In this document: positions 1 to 11,934 of the stretch, in pieces
Layout: every line of letters starts with the position of its first letter
Numbering within the stretch: position 1 is the stretch's first letter
Notes under the pieces: model-generated
Seen by the model: the letters and a program-made list of their open reading frames with translations, nothing else
What the model was told of the DNA's origin: nothing
Database searches by the model: none
Assembly: GCA_964016885.1 (NCBI GenBank)
Contig: OZ024749.1
Coordinates: 32,488,001 to 32,552,000 of the forward strand
Length of the DNA stretch: 64,000 nucleotides
Direction: 5' to 3'
Source: Eledone cirrhosa
Lineage: Eukaryota
Position numbers and translations under genes: made by a program

Positions 1-1995
1 ATGTAGCTCTAATGGTAGTGTATATGTAGCAATAACTGTTCTCTATGTAGCTCTAATGGTAGTGTATATGTAGCAATAACTGTCCTCTATGTAGCTCTAA
101 TAGCAGTGTATATGTAGGAATAACTGTTCTCTATGTAGCTCTAATGGTAGTGTATATGTAGCAATAACTGTTCTCTATGTAGCTCTAATGGTAGTGTATA
201 TGTAGCAATAACTGTTCTCTATGTAGCTCTAATGGTAGTGTATATGTAGCAATAACTGTTCTCTATGTAGCTCTAATGGTAGTGTATATGTAGCAACAAC
301 TGTTCTCTATGTAGCTCTAATAGCAGTGTATATGTAGCAATAACTGTTCTCTATGTAGCTCTAATGGTAGTGTATATGTAGCAATAACTTTTCTCTATGT
401 AGCTCCAATAGCAGTGTATATGTAGCAATAACTGTTCTCTATGTAGCTCTAATGGTAGTGTATATGTAGCAATAACTGTTCTCTATGTAGCTCTAATGGT
501 AGTGTATATGTAGCAATAACTGTTCTCTATGTAGCTCTAATGGTAGTGTATATGTAGCAATAACTGTTCTCTATGTAGCTCTAATAGCAGTGTATATGTA
601 GCAATAACTGTTCTCTATGTAGCTCTAATAGCAGTGTATATGTAGCAATAACTGTTCTCTATGTAGCTCTAATAGCAGTGTATATGTAGCAATAACTGTT
701 CTCTATGTAGCTCTAATGCTAGTGTATATGTAGCAATAACTGTTCTCTATGTAGCTCTAATGGTAGTGTATATGTAGCAATAACTGTTCTCTATGTAACT
801 CTAATGGTAGTGTATATGTAGCAATAACTGTTCTCTATGTAGCTCTAATGGTAGTGTATATGTAGCAATAACTGTTCTCTATGTAGCTCTAATAGCAGTG
901 TATATGTAGCAATAACTGTTCTCTATGTAGCTCTAATGGTAGTGTATATGTAGCAATAACTGTTCTCTATGTAGCTCTAATGGTAGTGTATATGTAGCAA
1001 TAACTGTTCTCTATGTAGCTCTAATGGTAGTGTATATGTAGCAATAACTGTTCTCTATGTAGCTCTAATAGCAGTGTATATGTAGCAATAACTGTTCTCT
1101 ATGTAGCTCTAATGGTAGTGTATATGTAGCAATAACTGTTCTCTATGTAGCTCTAATGGTAGTGTATATGTAGCAATAACTGTTCTCTATGTAGCTCTAA
1201 TGGTAGTGTATATGTAGCAATAACTGTTCTCTATGTAGCTCTAATGGTAGTGTATATGTAGCAATAACTGTTCTCTATGTAGCTCCAATAGCAGTGTATA
1301 TGTAGCAATAACTGTTCTCTATGTAGCTCTAATGGTAGTGTATATGTAGCAATAACTGTTCTCTATGTAGCTCTAATAGCAGTGTATATGTGGTAATAAC
1401 TGTTCTCTATGTAGCTATAATGGTAGTGTATATGTAGCAATAACTGTTCTCTATGTAGCTCTAATAGCAGTGTATATGTAGCAATAACTGTTCTCTATGT
1501 AGCTCCAATAGCAGTGTATATGTAGCAATAACTGTTCTCTATGTAGCTCCAATAGCAGTGTATATGTAGCAATAACTGTTCTCTATGTAGCTCTAATAGT
1601 AGTGTATATGTAGCAATAACTGTTCTCTATGTAGCTCCAATAGCAGTGTATATGTAGCAATAACTGTTCTCTATGTAGCTCTAATGGTAGTGTATATGTA
1701 GCAATAACTGTTCTCTATGTAGCTCTAATAGCAGTGTATATGTAGCAATAACTGTTCTCTATGTAGCTCTAATAGCAGTGTATATGTAGCAATAACTGTT
1801 CTCTATGTAGTGCTAATGGTAGTGTATATGTGTTAATAACTGTTCTCTATCTAGCTCTAATGGTAGTGTATATGTAGCAATAACTGTTCTCTATGTAGCT
1901 CTAATGGTAGTGTATATGTAGCAATAACTGTTCTCTATGTAGCGCTAATGGTAGTGTATATGTGGTAATAACTGTTCTCTATGTAGCTCTAATGG
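1..1995. repeat. 44-bp tandem satellite (ATGTAGCTCTAATGGTAGTGTATATGTAGCAATAACTGTTCTCT), about 45 copies, continues past window start
   Basis: Unit read directly; variants TAATGGTAG/TAATAGCAG/CAATAGCAG alternate. Confidence 0.97.
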
Positions 1996-2474
1996 TGTTG
2001 TAAACGTGGAGATAACTGCTTCATTTTATCGCCTATGGCTGTTCCGATCTTGATAAATTTGTTGTTTATTTTAACTATCTCAATTACTTTATCTATCCAC
2101 TTCTGAACTAGTAACTTACAAACACCAACAACCCCACTATCATATCCTACTCAGAAGAGCTTATATCTAAACAGCTTGTCCATAAAGAGTTTATCAAAAA
2201 ACTAATTCACCAAACTATAAGTATACTTTTTTTTTGTGTTCCAACCGACTGGCTGTAAAAAAAAAATGGAGAGCCTGTTTCATTTAGTTTTTTTTTAATT
2301 GAACCATTTAAATGGTTTTATCAATTGTTGACAACGTAAAAAAAATATCGAACTTTCGATTTAAGATAATAGTATAAATGAAAACAATTGGCAACATTCG
2401 ACAATAATAGTAAATTAAGAGAAAGTGAACGTTGTCTAATCAATGTGTGTCATGATCAAAGTCTGATTTATTAT

Positions 2475-2671
2475 CAGACCTGCCAACCTCTAAAAGCCCA
2501 AACGGGGGAGTACAATGAAAAAAGTGCCCCCAAAACGAGGAGAAATTAGATAAAATGGGGAGATTTTACATAATGAAAGCTATACCCATTTTCCCAAGAG
2601 AAGACTGTATGTCACTCACCCCGAGGTGGGTGAGAGATTTCTCCGTCGGACAGGGAGAGTTGAGAAGTCTG
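2475..2671. mobile_element. MITE with imperfect TIRs (CAGACCTGCCAAC...GTTGAGAAGTCTG) and apparent 6-bp TSD TATTAT
   Basis: Terminal inverted repeats; second diverged copy at 6120-6313. Confidence 0.65.
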
Positions 2672-2824
2672 TATTATAAAAAAAATGATTGTGGTGGAGA
2701 TTTAACAGAAATTAAAGAAAATTTTATTTCCACAACCAAACTAGACAGATAATGAGGTGAGCTTTCATTTTAAGAAGACAGCAATTGCTGTACAGTGTAA
2801 ATGAATGGTTTCCGATTTCTTCTT

Positions 2825-3280
2825 AAACGGTACTTGGTTGTTTCTGCGCCCTAACCTCACCATCACCTGTGGTAATGCTGCGAGTGTATTGGCTTGTCTC
2901 AAAATATTCCGTTGACCCTTGTAATATGATGTGTGACCCTGATTGTCGCACTTGGTGGTGACTTGGTGGTGACTTGATGGTCGTTTTTGTTTTGCCCCCC
3001 CCCCCCTCTTTTTTTCTTCTTTCTCTCGCTCTGAACGTATATTTTAGTATTATATTTGTGAGGTTCCTAGCAACAATTAATTGTATTTATTATGTGTTTA
3101 GGTTCAAATCCCGCCGAGGCTAGTTAAGCCGGCATCCTTACGGGGGTCGATAAAATAAAGTACCAGTCACGAACTAGAGTCGATTTCATCGACTTTCCCA
3201 TCGCCCAAAATTGCTGACCTTGTGCCTAAATCAGAAATCATTATATGTGCTTATATTTTCAATTGTGAACAATAACAACA
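2825..3280. repeat. Dispersed repeat, inverted relative to a copy at 5810-6100, interrupted by a SINE
   Basis: CAAAATATTCCGTTGACCCTTG and GATTGTCGCACTTGGTGGTGA match the reverse complement of 5960-6025. Confidence 0.75.
3100..3243 (+). mobile_element. tRNA-derived SINE, 5'-truncated
   Basis: B-box GGTTCAAATCC and core CATCCTTACGGGGGTCGATAAAATAAAGTACCAGT shared with many copies in the window. Confidence 0.85.
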
Positions 3281-3604
3281 TTTCCCTATAATCTTCGTAA
3301 ATATCTCAATATGAGATAGGAAGGAAGGAAGGAAGGAAGGAAATATGACAACACAACATAAGAATCTCATTATCTCTTTCCCACCACATAACTGCAGCAA
3401 TTTTGTTTGTTATGTATAATTACAGAAGGATTTCTTAGAAAAATTATTAGAAATTTATTGAAATTGATTTATGTTCGATAAATACTATAGAAAATTATCG
3501 ATTTGGGATATTGATGTCTACTTAAAACAAAAGAACGCCCAGGTATGATTCTATACAAACACACGTGTATGTGTGATTCTATGCATGCAGACATCTGTAT
3601 GTGT

Positions 3605-3647
<43 letters not shown>

Positions 3648-3651
<4 letters not shown>

Positions 3652-3750
3652 AGGTATCCCAAAAAATGTATACACACTTTGATTACCTGTACAGGCAATA
3701 TTTATTAGAATGTTGTTGAAGTGTGTTTACATTTGTTGGTCCACCCTGTA
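3648..3750. mobile_element. Tc1/mariner-type MITE in a TA tract
   Basis: Ends CAAGGTATCCCAAAAAATGTATACAC / GTGTTTACATTTGTTGGTCCACCCTG flanked by TA; family copies near 4055-4150, 25240-25455, 27024-27230, 62985-63060. Confidence 0.75.
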
Positions 3751-4168
3751 TATATATATATATAAATATATATATGTATGTGTGTGTGAATGTATATGTG
3801 TGTGCATGAATGTATGTGTGAATGTATATGTGTGTGCATGAATGTATGTGTATATATGTATGAAACGTACATGCAACTTTGAGGGTTAGTGAAGATAGGG
3901 CTAACATTAACAGTTAATAATAAAACAGTTACAAATATTTATTAAGTCGTGTATAAATTAAGGTGACGAAATTTCATTTGAATGTTTGAAAAAACATTCA
4001 AATGAAATTGCTTTATGTTATACTTATAAAATATATATCATCATCATCATCATATACAGGATATCCCCAAAAATGTATTCACACCTTGATTACCTGTACA
4101 GGCAATATTTATGAGAATGTTGTTGAAGTATGTATACATTTTTGGGGATATATATATATATATATATA

Positions 4169-4354
4169 ACGAAGGAAATGTGATAAGGAACCAGGTGGAC
4201 CATAACGCACCAAAGTACTCAATACTTAGGGTAGTAGAGTGGGTAATAGGAACGAGTAGGACCCCGACGGCTGAGCTCAAGCCGTTTTGACGGCTAATAG
4301 TCCAGAATTAGCCGTCGAAACGGCTTGAGCTCAGCCGTCGGGGTCCTACTCGTT

Positions 4355-4359
<5 letters not shown>
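4169..4359 (-). mobile_element. Fold-back element family A (Penelope-like non-autonomous, partial hammerhead) in (TA)n
   Basis: 53-bp arms 4246-4298/4307-4359; GAAA-CGGCT..AGCCG-TC hammerhead 3' half; about 77-nt unduplicated tail; homologous to 25804-26000. Confidence 0.7.
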
Positions 4360-4393
<34 letters not shown>

Positions 4394-4396
<3 letters not shown>

Positions 4397-4545
4397 TCCC
4401 GAGTTCAATCGAGGGTACCCACAGTTAGTTAGGTACTCAATACATTAGTAGAATGTAAACATCAAGTTTAATATAGAAATGACTTTTACATGACTAGAAC
4501 TGTTTCATTCAAAAGAAATCATCGAAGTCACTTCTATATTAAACT

Positions 4546-4548
<3 letters not shown>
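4394..4548 (-). mobile_element. Fold-back element family B, degenerate hammerhead
   Basis: Minus strand GACTTC-GATGA-TTTCTTTTGAAT-GAAA-CAGTTCTAGTCATG-TA-AAAGTC; homologous to 52016-52226 and 54988-55180; flanked by (TA)n. Confidence 0.7.
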
Positions 4549-4584
<36 letters not shown>

Positions 4585-4650
4585 GTATATATAAACAAAT
4601 GAATGAGGAGTGATGCGGCGGGAAAGAGAAGTGACGTAATGATGACAAAC

Positions 4651-4816
4651 CGATTGTTAATCCACGGCCCGAAATATTCAACTGGCCACTCGCACGTGCA
4701 TTTTTCAGTATTGTTGGATGAATTGTCTGGTCGTCTTCACTGGATTCGTGAAAAGCACTGCCAGGGTTTGCTCCAAACGGTTTACGAACATTTTTTCCAG
4801 CTCTTAATCGCGACAT
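4651..4816 (-). CDS. LRRC40: Leucine-rich repeat-containing protein 40, first coding exon (55 codons + 1 nt)
   Basis: MSRLRAGKNV...ILKNARASGQLNISGRGLTI resembles the LRRC40 N-terminus (MSRL...LLKAARKSGQLNLSGRNL); GT donor (GTTTGT) at 4650-4645; later exons not seen in the window. Confidence 0.85.
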
Positions 4817-4960
4817 GCTCGTTTTCTTCTTTAATATCAAACCTCCAGCTAACCAACTTTAGTTCCGTTCGTTTTATTTAAAACGTTTGTTTCTGATATC
4901 AGAGGCGTGCCTCTCCCCCTCCTCTCTCTTATTTAGTACCGACAGGGGAGGTAAGTCTTA
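4817..4960. promoter_or_regulatory. Putative bidirectional promoter / 5' UTR region with a strong + strand splice donor GAG|GTAAGT at 4950/4951
   Basis: Lies between the divergent LRRC40 and METTL3 starts; consensus donor seen; promoter function is inferred. Confidence 0.4.
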
Positions 4961-5809
4961 TCTGGCGTGACTCATTCATAGTAAGGGGGGTAACAACATA
5001 AACGAAGTCGGCGAAGTGTCAGATTTGTTAAAACGTTGGACAGAATATTTCTACAGTATTTGTTGTTAAGGGACTCTCAACGCCATGATTTCAAATACTG
5101 CCTAGGTCACGAGGTCAACTCTGTTTTTTCATCCTTTCAATGTTGATAAATAAAGTAGACGTTGAATAAAGGGGTCTAATATCTGTGTGTGCGTGGAAGA
5201 AAGGGACTGTATTCAGACCTGGAGTGTGTTGGATTTCGGCAGGTTTAAAATACCCAATATATTGCGACAGCACCCTCACGACTCCATCAGGAGTTTTAGT
5301 TTCATGGATGGATGGATGGACGGGTGGATGTGTTCTCAATCGGTGTTGACCTAGGGCTAAACAAATAGCAAATATATAATTACGAATCTTTACGATAACA
5401 GTTCCCAAACCTAGTGGTCCTAGAAATACTCTACCTGAAAAGTCGGGATGGTGAAACTGGGAAGCTATAATTGATAATTTCACTGTTTTATTTTTAGTTT
5501 TTCTTCCTCTTTATTGTTTGAACTACTAATCAAATATATTTTTACTTTACATAATTATGCATACAACTAAACACAAGAGACGCCTTGCCACAGATGATAG
5601 CAGGGGTAAGACGTTGGAATAACCAAGCACCCAACGATGATAAGAAACTCATTTTAAGCAAACCAGCTCCCCCCAAATGTTTGAATACCACAGGCTGAAA
5701 AAAATATTTGCCGATAATTTTGGCTATTTTTTATATAGAGAAGTCTAAATACATATTTATTCATTTAGTTAAGTTTTGATATAAATAAATACATAAATAA
5801 CATTACAAA

Positions 5810-6100
5810 TTGTTCACAATTCTTTCAGAATGAAAATATAAACACATATAACAAATACAATTAATTATTGTTAGGAATCTCACAAATTTAGCACACCAAA
5901 ATATATGGCTAGAGCGAGGGAAAGAAAAAAAAAAGGGAGAAATAAAAACAAAAACGACCATCAATTCACCACCAAGTGCGACAATCGCCCACACATCACA
6001 TCACAAGGGTCAACGGAATATTTTGAGGCAGATCAACACGCTGGCGGCATGACCACAGGCGATGGCGAGGCTAAGGTATTGAAACAACCAAGTAGTAGGT
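5810..6100. repeat. Dispersed repeat, inverted copy of 2825-3280
   Basis: Direct sequence comparison. Confidence 0.75.
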
Positions 6101-6119
6101 ATCTTTCTCGGTCTGACAT

Positions 6120-6313
6120 TGACCTGCCAACCTCTAAAAACCCAAACAGGTAGTACCATGAAAAAAGTGTCCCAAAACGGGGAGAAATGAAGCAAAAAGG
6201 GGGGAATTTTACATAATGAAAGTTATACCCATTTTCACAAGAGAAGATATCTCTCACCCACCCCAAAGTGGGTGGGAGATCTCCCTGTCGGACGGTGAGA
6301 GTTGACACGTCTA
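6120..6313. mobile_element. MITE, second copy of 2475-2671, apparent 6-bp TSD TGACAT
   Basis: GACCTGCCAACCTCTAAAA...GTTGACACGTCTA; internal similarity to the first copy. Confidence 0.65.
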
Positions 6314-6429
6314 TGACATCGTTTACCAGCTTCGCACGGACGTTTAAATTGATTAAATAAACAAATATATAACGTGTTTTATTTTATTATTTGAGACAGG
6401 TTTACCGAGTGATATAGACAGGGAGAATT

Positions 6430-6630
6430 ATAAGAACATCGGACCAAACGATTAGAGGCATCTAATTACGACCTTTTAGGTTCCGAAATTCAAATCTCGC
6501 CGAAGTCAACTTGACCTTTCATCTACCAGGGGCCAATAAGATAAAGTGCCAATCAAGTACTGAGGTTGATATAATCGATTTTCCTATCCCCTAAAATTAT
6601 GAGAATTGTGCCTAAATTAGAAATCACAAT
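6430..6630 (+). mobile_element. tRNA-derived SINE, diverged
   Basis: TTCAAATCTCGCCGAAGTCAACTTGACCTTTCATC core. Confidence 0.7.
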
Positions 6631-7162
6631 TGAAAGGGAGGGTGGCTACTATATCTAGGAGGTCAGGGAGACCACAAAGTTTTTTTTTTTTTTCTTCTCA
6701 GCAGTGTTATCAACCCCCGCCCCTGTCCTCTTTCCGAGTAAAGTGCATCTAAGACCACATTATCTTATGTGTTGCAATATATATATTATTCACAGTTGTA
6801 TAAATAACATTACAAATTGTTCGAGCGTGATTTAGCTGCTATTTCTAGTAGGATGGGCTGTTCCCTGCCAGCTGTGTTTTTAGACAATCAGCAACAAGGT
6901 ACTCGTTTTAAACTTCTTAATTGAAGAGTTACACTGCAGCGCGTGTTTTCTTCCTCTGTTTCACCGGTTATGAAGATGTATAAAGATTTGTTTAGAAGGT
7001 AAAGTTCCTATATTTACATATTATGTAGCGAAATCTCTTCGCACATATATAATATTTTCAATAACGGTATATATAGACTTGTTTAGAAAGCTAAAGTTGT
7101 TGTATTTTATACGCAACACATATATACATCTATATTATTTTGATTTAAATCCATTGTCAAAT

Positions 7163-8815
7163 ATGTCTGATACGTGGAGTGATATTCAAGCTGCTAAAAC
7201 TAAGCAGAGCAGCATGAGAGCCAAACTCCTGGAAAGAAAGCGACAAAGAGAAGGTATGGTTGCCGAAATAAATGCAGAGTCGTCAAGCACGGGTTCTTTG
7301 TCCACAACGGGTATTACCCCGAGTCAAACACCGCCAGTGCCAACACCAACCCTCACTCCGGACAGTTCTGTTAAAACTGAACACATTAAAATAGATGCTG
7401 AAATCAAAAAGAAGTTATTACTTGTGTTGTGTGACATCAATCTAGATATACCATGTAATGCTACTCAAATCACTGAACACACTTCTAAAATGTTAGGTAG
7501 AGAAGTGAAGTTGATTGTCATTGAAGATCTGTTACAACAATTATCCAGTCAGCAATTACTTAGCATCGTTTCAAAAGAATCTAAAGACCAAAGTCATATC
7601 ACTGTTACGTCTCTTGATCTGAGTAAACTCAGTGCTGTAACGAACACATCTGAAAATTCTTCGAACAAAAGGAAGAGAGAAAACGAAGAGCAAGATAGCT
7701 CGGAAAATTCATCAAAACACCTCAAATCCTCATCTTCATTGAATCAACCCGATGACAGCATCGAGAGTTTACTTTCTATGCAGTCTGCAAAAGAAAGAGA
7801 ACATAAAAAAGTACAGGAAGAAATCTTGCAATTACTTAGCAAACCCACAGCCAAGGAACAATTTCTTGTTGAGAAATTTAGTTCGCAGGGTGGTGCTCAG
7901 CTGCAAGAATTTTGTCAATACGGAACGAAGGACGAATGTATGAAAACTAACCAAGTGTCTGAACCGTGTAAAAGGTTACATTTTAGAAAAATCATTCATA
8001 AACACACAGATGAATCGCTCGGCGATTGTTCGTTTCTTAATACTTGTTTTCACATGGATACTTGCAAGTATGTACATTACGAGATTGACTACCCAGAAAA
8101 GAAAAACCAGATAGCTTTATTGAAAAAAGAATTGTCGTTAAGTAAAAAAACTGGGATAAAAGATGGTACTGTGACGATGTTTCCACCTCAGTGGGTACAA
8201 TGTGATTTACGATATTTTGATATGTCTGTCTTGGGTAAATGTGCTGTAGTAATGGCTGACCCACCATGGGATATTCACATGGAATTACCGTATGGAACCA
8301 TGAGTGATGACGAAATGAGAAAACTTGATGTACCTAATCTTCAAGATGATGGTTTTTTGTTTTTGTGGGTGACTGGCAGAGCTATGGAACTGGGGAGAGA
8401 ATGTCTGGAATTGTGGGGTTACAAAAGAGTCGATGAGTTAATCTGGGTCAAAACGAACCAGCTACAGAGAATCATAAGGACTGGACGTACTGGTCATTGG
8501 TTGAACCATGGAAAAGAACATTGCCTGGTCGGAGTTAAAGGTGACCCAAAAGGTGTTAACAGAGGACTTGACTGCGATGTGATTGTTGCAGAAGTTCGTG
8601 CTACGAGTCATAAACCTGATGAAATCTACGGCATTATAGAGCGGCTTTCACCGGGAACCAGGAAAGTGGAACTGTTTGGACGACCACACAACGTACAACC
8701 AAATTGGATTACATTAGGAAACCAGGTAGACGGAGTACGACTCAAAGATCCTGATGTTGTGACCAGCTTTCAAAAACGCTACCCCAATGGAAATTGTATG
8801 GAACCTCCAAAATAA
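7163..8815 (+). CDS. METTL3: N6-adenosine methyltransferase catalytic subunit METTL3 (MT-A70/IME4), 550 aa, single uninterrupted ORF
   Basis: Starts MSDTWSDIQA like metazoan METTL3; two CCCH zinc fingers (EFCQYGTKDEC..C..LH; CSFLNTCFHMDTCKYVH); catalytic DPPW at 8258-8269; RTGRTGHWLNHGKEHCLVG, SHKPDE, ELFGRPHN motifs; true ATG at 7163, not the TTG at 7079. Confidence 0.98.
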   Translation: MSDTWSDIQAAKTKQSSMRAKLLERKRQREGMVAEINAESSSTGSLSTTGITPSQTPPVPTPTLTPDSSVKTEHIKIDAEIKKKLLLVLCDINLDIPCNATQITEHTSKMLGREVKLIVIEDLLQQLSSQQLLSIVSKESKDQSHITVTSLDLSKLSAVTNTSENSSNKRKRENEEQDSSENSSKHLKSSSSLNQPDDSIESLLSMQSAKEREHKKVQEEILQLLSKPTAKEQFLVEKFSSQGGAQLQEFCQYGTKDECMKTNQVSEPCKRLHFRKIIHKHTDESLGDCSFLNTCFHMDTCKYVHYEIDYPEKKNQIALLKKELSLSKKTGIKDGTVTMFPPQWVQCDLRYFDMSVLGKCAVVMADPPWDIHMELPYGTMSDDEMRKLDVPNLQDDGFLFLWVTGRAMELGRECLELWGYKRVDELIWVKTNQLQRIIRTGRTGHWLNHGKEHCLVGVKGDPKGVNRGLDCDVIVAEVRATSHKPDEIYGIIERLSPGTRKVELFGRPHNVQPNWITLGNQVDGVRLKDPDVVTSFQKRYPNGNCMEPPK

Positions 8816-9599
8816 CATGAAACAGCATTTATAGCTCACACCTATTCAGGTTTAGCTGACCTCTTATAAGGTATCTCTTTGGAAATTTCTCAGATGTTTT
8901 AATGATAGGGACCTCAGTCCTATCATGTTGTTACAGCTCACACCTATGTAGGTTTAGCTGGCCTCCTACAAGATTGTACTTCATAGGAGGTGTCTCAGCT
9001 GGGCCCCAGTCCTATCAAGAAATAACATGCATGCTTACTGAAAGTAGAAAGAGAGGGACTAATTCCATAGTGAGTGTCATGCCAAAATATAAATGTATCA
9101 TGCCAAAATATAAATTCTATTTGAATCCACTGCAAAACTGAATATGAAACTCGGGTAGATTTTGATGTTCAGAATAGAAATCCCTGTTTGGATTCACTAG
9201 CTTCTGTGTAAACTTTCTTAGTCTCTGCCTACGTTTGTATCTATTTCTGTCTCTCTGTCTATATATCTATCTATCTATCTGTCTGGCTATCTCTTTATCT
9301 ATCTATCTCTCTATCTATATGTTTATATATATATATATATATATCAGTTTTTCTCTCTATCTACCTCATTATCTCTCTCCTTATCTGTCTCTATTTATCT
9401 CTCTCTATCTATCTGTCTGTCTATCTGTCTATCTGTTTATCTGTCATGTTACATTCATGTTTACTCTATAATCAGGCTAGACTCTGCTAATTAATATATA
9501 TCAACCTCACATCTTTTACCAACAATAATTAATTAATTAATCACCACTTGAAGGTTTTATTTTAATTTCTGGAATAGTCACCCTCACAAATCCAATTGT

Positions 9600-9838
9600 T
9601 TGTATGTGTGCATGTACTCATACATGTCAGCTCACATGTATGTGTGCATGTAATCATACATGTCAGCTCACATGTATGTGTGCATGTACTCATACATGTC
9701 AGCTCACATGTATGTGTGCATGTACTCATACATGTCAGCTCACATGTATGTGTGCATGCATTTACTCATACATCCTCTCATGCATGTCAACTCACATGTA
9801 CTCATACATCCTTTCATGCATGTCATCTCACATGTATG
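9600..9838. repeat. 36-bp minisatellite (TGTATGTGTGCATGTACTCATACATGTCAGCTCACA)
   Basis: 4-6 units read directly. Confidence 0.9.
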
Positions 9839-10059
9839 AAGTTAAGTATATATGAAGTGGTAATGTGTATGTATAAAGTGGCCATGTAGTATGTGAGCAA
9901 CGTTTGTTTATATTGTCAGGGCCAGCACTCCGATTAAGACCAACAAAGCAGAGAAACATATTATTGAATCATAGCCCTTTCATTACAATATTTCTAATGA
10001 GAGACACAATCTATGAATTTCAAATAATTGAGAAAATAATCCAGATTTTGGAGAGTTTT

Positions 10060-10320
10060 ACTCATAAAACTGATTTGTTTGTTAAAAGATTGGTGGGACA
10101 TAATTATGGGACTAACTTGTTCGTTATAAAATTGTTGGGGCATAATTATAGGACTTACTTGTTTGCTTTAAGATTGGTGGGGCATAATTATAGGACTAAC
10201 TTGTTTGTTATAAGATTGGTAGGGCATAATTATAGAAGTAACTTATTCGTTTTAAGATTGATGGGGCATAATTATAGAACAAACTTGTTCGTTATAAAAT
10301 TGGTGGGACATAATTTTAAC
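10060..10320. repeat. Minisatellite of about 42 bp (CATAATTATAGGACTAACTTGTTTGTTATAAGATTGGTGGGG-like)
   Basis: About 6 diverged units; the ORF track shows the matching 14-aa GHNYRTNLFVIRLV repeat. Confidence 0.85.
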
Positions 10321-10754
10321 ACAAATTATTACTTATGAAATTGTTGTTTTAAAAGTTCTTACATAAAATTATGATGGAACGTTTTTTTAAATATAAATAT
10401 ATAAACATATTAAAATAAACAGTTTTGTACTGTAGAACATGGGGTGGATTCAGGCAGTTTCATATAAAAAAGTTTAAAAGGATCACAGTTTTATACAAAT
10501 TTGTATAATTAAATAATTTCCTGCAATCTGTAAAGATATTGCTAGACATTTTCGCAGCATAGTAGAAATATCCAAAGTGGTGGAGAGGGTAGTATGGTGC
10601 TATGACCTGTCGTGTGATTTGGTGTGTGAGTGAGGACTGTGTAGTGGAACACTCAGGCTTAGTAATTTTCTCATTGTGGTCAAATCAAGAGGTGTTAAAA
10701 ACCTAGGTTTGTCTGCTTAACAAACTGTAAATTGAGAGTATTTTATTTAGGCGA

Positions 10755-11080
10755 CTGGGGTACATTGTAGGGCTAGCCAAGGGTGTTCATTACCCAGACA
10801 CACTTTGTAGGGCTAGCCAAGGGTGTTAATTACCCAGACACACTTTGTAGAGCTAGCCAGGGTTTTAGATACCCAGACACATGTAGGTCTAGCCTAGAGT
10901 GCTAAATACCCAGACACACTGTAGGGCTAGCCAGGGTTTTAAATACCTAGGCACACTTTCAAAGTTTTAACTCAGGTCCCTTTCAAATGTCTAAGCCAAG
11001 CCCTTTCAGAGGTCTAACTCCAGCTCTTTCAAATGTCTAACCCCAGCCCTTTCAAAGTCCTGTCTCCAGCCCTATCAACT
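10755..11080. repeat. Minisatellite of about 40 bp (TGTAGGGCTAGCCAAGGG..TACCCAGACACAC) followed by a roughly 22-bp repeat
   Basis: Units read directly. Confidence 0.8.
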
Positions 11081-11934
11081 GTCTGTCTACTAAACAAAGC
11101 ATTAATACCTTTGCAAACACTAACAGCTCCACAGACCACAGGCTGCAAGCCACTGCTTTAGTACATTGTCATTTGGTATTTTGTGTTGTTGTTTTTTGTT
11201 TGTTTTTTGTTTGTTTTTGTTTTATCCAGTTTTGTGTTTTTTTTACTTGTCTCTGTATTATGTTATTGAAAATTATAGTTTTGACAATTATAATGGTGGT
11301 CTGTGGTGACAGGAGATAACAAATTCAATAAAAACAACAAAAAGGGGGATACATTGTTGACATATGTGAAGAAGACATACATATCCTCATTGGAGAAATT
11401 TCTTTAATGAAGAAAGAATCTTGGCCAAAATCTTGTGATATTTCTTCTCATTCAGCACACCAACACGCTTAACATTTTTCTACTTAATTTTCCTGACTTT
11501 TGATATCTTTCAAACAGAAAGAACGTTTTCGATTTATATTCCATAAAATTCATTCCATTTTCTTTCTCAATAAATACATATTTTCTTCAACAATATTTGT
11601 CTTGTTTGTAGAAACCATTCAAAAAAGGGGTGAGAGAACCCTTCAGTCACAACATGACAACCTCTCTAATGCTGGTGCCATAATAAAATGTACCCAATAC
11701 ACCCTGTAAGGTGGTTGATGATAGAAAGGGCATCCAGGTATAGAAACCCCGACAAAAATGATTGCGAGGACTCTTCTGTTGTGTCAAAAACATGACAACC
11801 TCCCTAGTGCTGGAATGTATGTATGATGCAGCTCCTGGCCCATCTGAGAGATAAATGGCTCTGATTAAGATTTTGACTAGGTCTGTGATAACCCATGCAA
11901 CCCTTGCTAACTGCGAAAATGGATGATAGAGGAT

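Noticed and set aside
7079-7162. 28-aa N-terminal extension of METTL3 in the ORF track
   Set aside because: Starts at TTG; similarity to METTL3 begins at MSDTW (7163)
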